Of a stretch of 45,437 nt of DNA, positions 36,575-45,437 are shown piece after piece. Every line of letters starts with the position of its first letter. The stretch's first letter is position 1. Below the pieces are notes generated by a model that was given only the letters and a program-made list of their open reading frames with translations, did no database searches and had not been told where the DNA came from. Origin of the DNA: Intoshia linei (lineage: Eukaryota > Animalia > Orthonectida); the NCBI GenBank assembly GCA_001642005.1, contig LWCA01000166.1, positions 1-45,437 on the forward strand. Reading direction: 5' to 3'. The position numbers and the translations under genes are program-made.

Positions 36575-37030
36575 ACCCTAAAAGGTTAAAACCTTAACTG
36601 CAGTTTTCCTTTTAGGGTTAGTAAAACTGAAATTTTCCCTAAAGGTTTGGTAAAACTAATTTTTCTATTTTAGGATTGGTAAGACTAAATTTTTTTTTAA
36701 GGATTGATAAATCTGGAATTTTCCCCTAAACAGTTGGTAAAACTCGACTTTTTCCCTTAGAGTTTGGTAAAACGAAAATTTCCCCTAAATGGTTGTTAAA
36801 ACTAAATTTTTCCTTTTAGGGTTGGTAAAACTGGAATTTTCCTTGTAGAGTTTGGAAGAACTAGCTTTTTCGTTTTAGGATTGGTAATACTGGAATTTTC
36901 CCTAAATGGTTGTTAAAACTTAATTTTTCCCTTACAGGTTGATGAAACTGAAATTTTTTCTAAATGATTTAAACCACGAATTTTCTCTAAAGGGTTGGTA
37001 AATTATGATTTTTAGTAAAATTGGTTGGAT
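36575..37030. repeat. Degenerate ~30-31 bp minisatellite, roughly 14 units (consensus ~ttttccctaaagggttggtaaaactgaaa)
   Basis: The core ttggtaaaact recurs about every 30 bp with adjoining units and no unique spacers. Confidence 0.9.
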
Positions 37031-37410
37031 TTAAGTAGACACCTTTTATTAAATTACGACATAAAAAAATGAAACTATACGTAAATATTTATGGAAAACT
37101 TAATGCCACACTAAACAAGCCTAATGTTCGCTAATAATGGTAAATGTGCTAGACAATGAATCCTGCTTGATTGATATTGAAAAGTAAAAATGCCTTTTAC
37201 TGGCGATTCGTTGATTGGTATTCATTCATGCGATAAAACATAAAAAAACCAGTAAATGTATTGGCTAACGGGCTAACAAAACCATGCGAACGTAGCTTAA
37301 TTGTTTTAAAATTAGTAGACAACTGGTAGTTAATATTTTTGGAATTGAAAAAAATTTTCACAATTTATACATCGTTTGTCTTTTAATCGCGTGTATTCTA
37401 AGTTAAAATT

Positions 37411-38847
37411 ATGGTCCTTGTAAGAAGCGATTGTATCACACAGAACACTGTTCAACCTGTCGTATACAATGATCCAAATTATTATCAAATGAAGGAAAGC
37501 TATGGAGGGGTAAATCAAAGCGAAAGATGCGTAGTGGGTATATATTTAAATATTTTCTGTGCGTTAATTTCAACTTGCTAGCATTCAACATATCGGGTAC
37601 GGTTAAATGGTTCAACGTAAAAAGAGGATACGGATTTGTAAAGAGGTTGAATATAAAGTAATATTAAATGACAAAATTTTAGGAACGACGTGAATCAGGA
37701 CATTTTTATCCATCAGGTAATAATTATCAAACATGTTTAAATATTTATAGACGTCAATAAAAAAAAATAATCCAAAAAAGTATTTAAAAAGCGTCGATGA
37801 CGGAGAAATTATTGAGTTTGATATTTTGCAGACAAGAAAGGGCCTCGAAGCGATAAATGTTACAGGTCCAAACAATGCGGCCGTTAGGGGAAGTAGATAT
37901 GCTCCGAATCGATTTAATACCAGTTTATCAAGTCGAAAACCGATATACGTGACTCGAAGGCGGCGTAGTAGAAGTTTGAGTGCTGGACCAGTCAAGGAAA
38001 AAGCTCATTTAGAAGACTCGTCTGTAGTATTTACAAAAGAAAATAATGGTACATTGACAGTAACACGGTCATACAAGAATAGTACTGCAAACGTAAAGCA
38101 ACCCGTGACCTCAAACTATCAAAGTGATTCTGATTTGCCCGTTTTGCAAAACGTGGAGTTTAGAGTAATTTTCGATAATAATATCATATATTGTCCTTTA
38201 GGACCATTTTTTGAGAACTTTGCAAAATTCTTACATAAACGGTTATAAAGCTGCTCAGCTCAAGTTGAAACCTGTTTATCACAGTTCATCTGAAATCACA
38301 ATAAGTGCAATAAGAAATTCAAAAATCTTGTATAACGAAATTTGTCAGTCTATGGTCAAAGACGGTATTGCTACAAAATTATCAGTCAATGTTCCTTCGG
38401 GTCACGTAATTTCCTATTTTTAGATTTATTTTTTGATATTATTATTTTCAGAATCAGAATCATAGTCAAAGTCACAATCAAAGTCAGACCACGAATGTGA
38501 CTTCAAACTTACCAATTCAAAACGGGCGATATGTTTATAATCATGATACGGGACATCAAATATTGATTGTAAACGATAAGCAATATGAAAAATTTGTCAA
38601 GAATGGCCAATTTACGCCAAGTTTCTATATTATATTAATTTTAATTTAAACATTAGCTTATGGGACGGTGTATAAGGGCTCAAAGAATGACAATATCAAT
38701 TCGACTTTATCTTCTAGTAAAAAAAACATGAGTGTTCAAGCTGGAATTTCTAAACACCAAAAGACAATTTCTCCAGACTCTGCCGTTAAAATGGGTTCTT
38801 CCGTCAATACTAGTTCGAGGGCTTCAGCCGAATACAATGATCGTTAA
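37411..38847 (+). CDS. Y-box (cold-shock domain) nucleic-acid-binding protein, 7 exons
   Basis: Spliced [77 protein letters not shown] is a YBX1-type CSD, including the NNPxKY loop and the GSxYA extension. Downstream exons splice in frame to a TAA at 38845-38847. Confidence 0.92.
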
Positions 38848-38891
38848 GTTTAGTTAAATTTTTATTTTTATTTACATTGTTATTTATTAAA

Positions 38892-40178
38892 TTAGTTTAC
38901 TTGGTATATTCTTTGTCTAAAAGTTTACACTCTGCATTTTGAAAAATTTACTTGTAAATTTCAAACATTTCTTGTCGTAATTTTGATAATATCATATTTT
39001 CCTTGTTTGAATCATCTGGTTTATCTTGTAATGCAAGATTGTAAATTTCTTTTCTTTTTATCTAAAAGCAAAATAGAATGCATTACAAAAATGAATACTG
39101 AAACATTTTTATCGTCCATTTCACATTTTTCGTAAAGTTCCATAATGCCGTTCCAATCATGTATATCAGGGTGTAATTTCTACATTTTAAATATATTTAC
39201 ATTTTCAGTTGAATTGAACACTTGGATTAACCAAAATGTATAGTTTTAATTAACCTTTATAATTAGTTGGCAAGCATAATTTTTCCCTTCTTTTTTTGTG
39301 GCGGTTATCACCTTATATTTATGACATTATCATATATAATGAACAAAATACCGTTTCTTTCAAATCTCCAAATGTTAAAGTGGTTTCTATTTGTTTGTCA
39401 AGAATAGTGTGAGAAAATTTTAATTCGTTTGAAAGTGTACCCAAGTTTCTAAAAAATTGTAATGGTATAATATATTATTTAGTGCAATGTATTAAACGGG
39501 TCTCACAATCTAAACTAATTTGAAATTTCGAGGGTTTAAATTTGCGAAACGCTTATATGGAATTGACTTGTTATATAGAAATATTAACCTTTTTAAAAAT
39601 TCTTGCAAAATAGTAATTGGTAGCTTTGTTCCAGTTCTATCACACATTTCTGTGACACTTAGATTATCCACTTTAATATGTTTGAAAAACTACACATTAA
39701 AATAGCATTAATATACAAGTTGGACTCAAACTCTTATCTAGAAATTGGGAAAATTTATTTTTCGACACAAAACAATTTTGATATATCTTCGTTCTCAAAA
39801 AACTCCACAAAGTAGATATTCATTATTATTAAAAAGCTTATTTTTTTGAACCATTTTTTTCCAATGCACAATTTATGAAAAATTAAACTCATGTAGTATA
39901 TAATACGTACCGGGTACATTTTACTCTACCTAAAATTTTACAATTTTATAGAACAAGAAGCATACATATTAGCAAAATGTAAATGTACCATAAAATAATT
40001 GTCTCAAAATTAATAACATTCAGTAAGACTATTCAGTATCAACATTCAAGGATAAATAAAATAATTTTAGCCAAGAAAATATTTATTTTTAAAACCTCTT
40101 TGAAATGTGATGAATTTATATTTGAACGTTCATTATCACTAATATATTCTGGATATAGCATTTTCATTGTCATACATG
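38892..40178 (-). CDS. DGCR8: DGCR8/Pasha-like microprocessor subunit, 3' part (end of dsRBD1, dsRBD2, C-terminal tail); exons 40096-40178, 39589-39689, 39352-39448, 39255-39311, ~39105-39179, ~38950-39061 (+/- 38892-38916)
   Basis: ACMTMKMLYPEY..FFKHIKVDNLSVTEMCDRTGTKLPITILQEFLKRNLG...KF...TKKEGKNYACQLIIKKLHPDIHDWNGIMELY...NMILSKLRQEM parallels DGCR8 (YFNHISIED.RVYEL....G...PYQIL.ECLKRNHG..., K..GKQ.ASQ.ILQ.LHP....WGSLLRMY, N..ILSKL.EEM). None of it appears in the ORF track. Confidence 0.85.
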
Positions 40179-40862
40179 CTAAATTTAAAAATAATAAAAT
40201 TAAAAATTAAATTAAATTGGTGGAATAAACATTCATTGTAAAGTGGTCACTTTTTAAAATTAAACATTGTATTTAAAACAAAAATAAGCAATAATTCCAC
40301 GAATAAATTATTTTTTTTACTATTTTGATGAATTCGGCGCACCACACTTTGGATCAGCCTGATGTACCGTGTACTATCGTTAATATAAGTAAACTACTTT
40401 GTACAAACATCGCTTAGTTCTACCGAGAGCGATTTTTCTATTTCTACTAAAAAAATAAAATCTTACATAAAATTCTACTATACACTATCACCAATCCTTT
40501 ACTTTACCTTTACCATACTTTACGTATATAAAATGTAATTTATGTGTGTCGCCGTTTATTTAAACCAAAAAAAGACCTGCGGACTCGCTGAGAAAGTTAA
40601 TTGCTTTAAAAGAATGGTTCCTAAACGTGTGAAGACATAATTTTTATTTATCAATTCTAAGATCATTAATTATATCAAATTTTTTGCTAATAAAATAATT
40701 TCCCCAAAAAAAGTGTAAATGAGCCATTCTCTAGCAAATAAATTATAATTATTTCAATTAAAGTGACCTACAGGAAATGATATCCAAGACTCATCTTCAT
40801 AGATAGACTTAAAATGCGCGTATGAAAGCGGGAAACATGGTTATTTTACACTATTTTACATA

Positions 40863-41745
40863 CACAATGTGCCAAAATATTATGCAAATCACTAAAAGTT
40901 GTGTAATTTAGTCTACAATTGATTAAAATTATATTTTTTTTGTCATTAATTGACATTTAATTAACTCAATATGTATTAAAAAAATAAATATATATTTAAT
41001 TCAAATAAAAAATTTTTATTTACATATTATCGTTTTTTTATATTGCCAATTATTATATTATATTATATTTTATATGTGTGCCAAAATATTATGCAAATTT
41101 TAAATGGGAAAGAAAAACAACTTAAATATAGAAGAAAAGAACCATATAGTTGGTTTAATGGCAAGAGGAATAAGTACTCTACAAATATCATGATGTTTCG
41201 AACGTGATCATCGCACTATTAAAAAATGGTTAGAAGATCCGTCTAAAAAGAATGATAGGTCAAATAGTGGTTGAAATAAGATACTTTCACCTAGACAATT
41301 ATGAATTCTTAAAAAAGAAGTGATTTTGACACCACTTGCGACAAGTTTAAGATTATTTTCGGCTGGCAACATGAGAGATGTGCCTAGAAGCAGTCGATGT
41401 AGGGTTTTAAAATCTGTTGCATCTGTTAAAAAAGCTCTTAGAATACCGATTTTGAAGCCTATTCACAAAGAAAAAAAGATGAAATGGGCTAGAACCAATT
41501 TAAAGACAAATTTCCGACTAATGATGTATTAGGGCCAATTAAAGTTCCCAGTGGCGTGAAAATAAATTCGAAGTTGTAATAGTTATTATTATGATATTTT
41601 TAAATTTTCATATTTTATATTAATATTATATATTAATTTTTATATATGTTACACAGAATTTATGGCTCAACACTACATGCCTTGGTTGAATTCGAAGAAC
41701 GAAAATTTAAAAAATAATTGCATATTTATGCATGACAAAGTACCT
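40863..41745 (+). mobile_element. Truncated Tc1-like transposon with IR/DR left end
   Basis: TA|cacaatgtgccaaaatattatgcaaat, with an internal direct repeat at ~41077-41098. The decayed transposase from ATG 41104 (MGKKNNL..RDHRTIKK..GPIKVPSGVKINS..FMHD) has stops and deletions. Confidence 0.85.
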
Positions 41746-41779
41746 TATTTATTTATTACTATTATTAAACTATGATATC

Positions 41780-42240
41780 ACTCACTCTTCGAGTTCATGC
41801 ATTAGAACAAAACTCGTACATACATACAAAGTTGTATAGACTGTGGAGGAATAATAAACTTCAACAAAAAAAGTACTGATGGATACAGGTGGCGCTGTCG
41901 AAAACCATGCACAAAGGAAATGTTCATACGATACGTTTATATATGTTTATACGATTAGCTACTTTTTTCAGCAAAGCCATTTATCCATTCCAAAAATTCT
42001 GAAGTTCATTTATTATTGGGCGTTCAATGTTGCTGCATTTAAACTCATAAATAGGAAGTTAAAAAGTCATCCACAACATGTGTTGATTGGAAAAACTTTA
42101 TGAGAGATATTTTTATCTCAATGATTATATATTATTCAGAAAGAATTGGGGGTCTGGCAGTGAGGTTCAAATTGACGAAACTCAATTCTCCAAAAGAAAG
42201 CACAACTGTGGACAATTATACCCAGATATATTGGATTGAA
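41780..42240 (+). mobile_element. Merlin (IS1016/IS1595-related) transposase remnant
   Basis: Frameshifted motifs DGYRWRC, SYFFQQSHL, VDWKNFMRD and IGG.GSEVQIDETQFSKRKHNCG are characteristic of Merlin transposases. Confidence 0.8.
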
Positions 42241-44420
42241 ACCGATGAAAAAATTTTTGAAACAAAAAAAAATTGCTTACTTAAGTTAGCCATGGGCGAC
42301 CGTTCCCGTTTGCGTCTCAAACGCTGTGGCTCCGCTCAGTCTTATGCTGCGATAAAGAAGGAATTACATTCTTGAAATGAATCTAACCAGTTAAGAGAAA
42401 GATGCAAATTTTATTCTATGTATAATAACCAACATGAAAATATTGAAGTATTTATTGACCGGTTGGCCAGCAGTCGGAAAAATGTCAATTTGGAACAAAC
42501 AAGGATGATCCGTAAAAGATATGGTAGTATTTAACTGCCGAAGTGAGAAATTACAATCTAAATTGATTGATGCAGATGTAATTACCTTAAAAGATATCGT
42601 CAAAATATGTCACAATCATAAATATATGAAATATTTTCGAGTGAAGAGCGACCGATTAATGGACACAATAATACTTTTAAAAAGTATAAAATCAATCAAG
42701 TGTTATAAAATAATGCTAAATTAGCCTTTGCAAATATGAAGTTGACCTCTGATAATCAAGTAATTTCTTTAAATTTTTTAATCGATACGGGATCTAAAGT
42801 TAACACTATAAATAAACGTGATCTATATAATTTTATAAAAAACCCAAAAATTTTTGAATTTAGTAGACTTTCATATGGATACAATAACTCTAAAATTGAA
42901 TCACACGGTGTCGTTAAATTTTTAGTGTCAGACCTAGTTCTTATCGTTCATCATATATCTTCGTTAATAAAAAGGAATCATGATACCAGATGCTTATCCA
43001 ACTGCAAATCAGCAATCTATTATGGATTCGATGTCCAATAAAAAGGTATTTTCAGTCTTTGATCTATCTTCGGGCTTTTGGCAAATACCCTTATACCCTG
43101 AAGAAAAAAAAAACAGCTTTCGCCATTTCAAAGAAACTTTTCCAGTTTAAAGTCATGCCATTTGGCTTAATAAATGCTCCTGCAACTTGTCAAAGAATTA
43201 TGAACAAACTAACATTCAATTTACCAATTGTACATGTATATATGGATGATATATTAGTCGCCTCCGAATCTATTAGCGAACATTTAAGTGATTTAGAAAA
43301 ACTTTTCAGACGATTACACCAAAATTTAGTCACATCAAAGCCATCAAAATGTCAAGTAGGATTAACCGAAATTAAGTTTCTGGGCCATATCATTAACGGA
43401 TTAAAAATAAAAATGGACGACGGAAAGATAAAATCTATTCTTAAAATAACAACACCAAAGAATGCAGGGGAAGCTCGCAGTTTTATCGGAATGTGTAATT
43501 ATCATAGTCGTTTCAAAAATTTTCGAATATATCATTTCCAATTCGAATGTTGTTAACAAAAAGAAAAAAATTTATTTGGACTAAGAAAAGTAACACCGCA
43601 TTTTTTAAACTCAAAGATATGTTATCGTCACCTCTTTTAATCGTACACCCAAATTTTTATATTCCATTTAAATTAGAAACCGATGCTTCTAATATAGGCG
43701 CTGGAGCGATTTTAACACAGAATGGAAAAGTTGTTACATTTGCAAGTAAAGCATTTTCGCCATCTCAACAAAGATATAGTATTTTCCAAAAGGAGTTCTA
43801 CGCTTTATTCTGGACTGCTAATAAATTTAAATTCTACGTAATTGTTATTTCATTGTCTTCTTTTAGACATCCTTATAAAAGGTTAAAAACTCCATTACAA
43901 TTTATATACCTTAAAAAAGTTGAAAATACAAAATTAATTTGATTATTAACTTAACTTAATAAGTATTAACAATATGAAATTATGTCTTATATCTAATCCT
44001 ATTGTTAATAATAAAAATATCAATTATGTAATTTCACTCATTTAGAAAAAAAATTGAAAATAGCTCTGTGCACCCAAAAATTAATTATGCACCTCTGTTT
44101 AAAAACCACTGCTATATGGAAACACATTATAATTAGATATGATCATCCAAAACGTGTTCAAACCGATTGAAATAAGCAATTTGAATCTAAAATTATGAAC
44201 TTCCGTAAAACTTTCGGATACTCACATACCTTCTCTAAACCTTATAACACCACAAAATAGGTGCTGTAGAGCGTTGTAATCGCACAATTAGAGAAAACTT
44301 CTCTAACTGTAATGAAAAAATTGATACCGTTTTAGCAAGTATACGTCTTTCCCCCACATGTAAAAATCAACTTCTCCTATACAAACACTATTTAAAAACT
44401 CCAGTATTGACTCAAATTTA
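42240..44420 (+). mobile_element. Degenerate Ty3/Gypsy gag-pol remnant (PR-RT-RH-IN)
   Basis: Protease FLIDTGS, RT KTAF..FQFKVMPFGLINAPAT..YMDDIL, RNase H ETDASNIGAGAIL and integrase GAVERCNRTI (~44261-44290), in Gypsy order with multiple frameshifts. No LTR pair was recognised. Confidence 0.92.
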
Positions 44421-44859
44421 TTATTTTGTTTGCTATAAAAGATACCATCAAAATAATGATGTAGCAGAAAATATTTGCATGATTATATGCGATACATGCC
44501 ATGTCAATACAAAAGAAAAAATGAGGTGATAAAAATGTTAAATGATAAAGTTTTCAATGAAATTAATGAATATTATAGCTGCCAGCGCCATATTTTAGAT
44601 AGATTTTAGATCCATTGTTAAAAAGATAGCAGTTTTAGCAGTTCAATTTGTTGTAATAGTGAACAGTTCCAACTGAACTGTAACTTCACTTTAATATTAA
44701 TAAACTTGTTTTAGCACATGTATTTGCATTTCGATTTTGATAATGTTAGATTCGGACTTTAAATCTAATAGATTCTTCGAACTTCAGATTTATTAGCGTT
44801 ATCTTTCATTGATGACGAATAAAAATTTATTTCAAATAAACTAAAATTGATAGTACGTT

Positions 44860-45437
44860 TTTTTTCTGGTCACACTAATTTAACACATAATATAAAAGTT
44901 GAAATTCTTGCTCTATTTAAAGAAGGTATAAGTAGAGGTTACCTCGCGACCCGGTAGAGCGTCTCCCATACCACAATCGGCAGGTTAGTATCTCGAAATG
45001 ATGCCAAAAGAGGCATAACAAGTGGTAGACCGCGGAAATTGAATGAAAACCATATTAATTTTGTTGTGGAGCGGGTTAATGAAAGTCCTCGTGTTTCATC
45101 GATTCAATTGGCTACTGAATTCACTTAAGAAGTTATCTTAAATGTATCCTCGAGAACAATTCACAATGGGCTAAATGATCGAGGATACCATTCCAGGACA
45201 CCACTAAAAAAACCACTACTACGCTCGACCAATAAGACCAAGCGATATGAGATAGAAGAGTGAAAAGTGGCTGATAAGGACTTCCCAAGATTGGAATAAG
45301 ATAATATTCAGTGAGGAAACAAAAATTAACCTTTTTAGATCTGATGGAATAAGGCATGTATGGCGAAAAAATAACACCAGATATGAATCTAAAAATATGA
45401 CGGCCACTATAAAACACGGTGGTGGTTCTATAATGGT
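44860..45437 (+). mobile_element. Tc1-like transposase remnant running off the window end
   Basis: SGRPRKL, KKPLL and WNKIIFSEETKINLFRSDGIRHVWR...TIKHGGGSIM are Tc1 HTH-linker and first catalytic-D region motifs, with stops and frameshifts. Confidence 0.9.

Noticed and set aside
36575-37030. CRISPR-like ~30 bp periodicity
   Set aside because: Units are contiguous and degenerate with no unique spacers or cas genes, and the context is eukaryotic. It is a minisatellite.
37612-37995. 127 aa minus-strand ORF over the Y-box CSD
   Set aside because: Antisense to a highly conserved domain and crosses its introns; no independent support.
40470-40530. Minus-strand 'KYGKG' as a Pasha dsRBD1 exon
   Set aside because: It derives from a ggtaaa/gtaaag simple repeat and hits a stop within a few codons.
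41575-41653. TGTAA...TTACA segment as a solo LTR
   Set aside because: Only 79 bp, nearly all A/T, with no 4-6 bp TSD. A TA-flanked insertion explains it better.

Overview
A very AT-rich, intron-containing animal (metazoan) genomic window, not a prokaryotic one. Most genes are split by tiny (~34-45 nt) GT-AG introns, so the ORF track misses or fragments them. By hand-splicing I can support 11 host-gene loci: GPANK1-like (-), TEX47/DYBLUP-like (+), gamma-glutamyl hydrolase (-), a CD225/dispanin gene (+, frame problem), the FMN-domain exons of an NDOR1-like gene followed by an orphan FAM8A1/RDD-like last exon (-), DEK-like (+), couch potato/mec-8/RBPMS-like (+), CCDC83-like (+), p31comet/MAD2L1BP-like (-), a Y-box cold-shock protein (+) and the 3' half of DGCR8/Pasha (-). 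These are interspersed with decayed transposons: Tc1 elements and MITEs, hAT elements and MITEs, Helitron-like repeats, a Merlin remnant and a Ty3/Gypsy pol remnant, with a pile-up at 40.9-45.4 kb. The most striking observation is an in-frame NDOR1(FMN)::FAM8A1(RDD) junction across a Helitron-like repeat, which is either a real gene chimera or an assembly misjoin. The compact, short-intron, divergent-protein style resembles a reduced parasitic invertebrate such as an orthonectid, but that is inference only. All homology calls come from recalled family motifs, not database searches.
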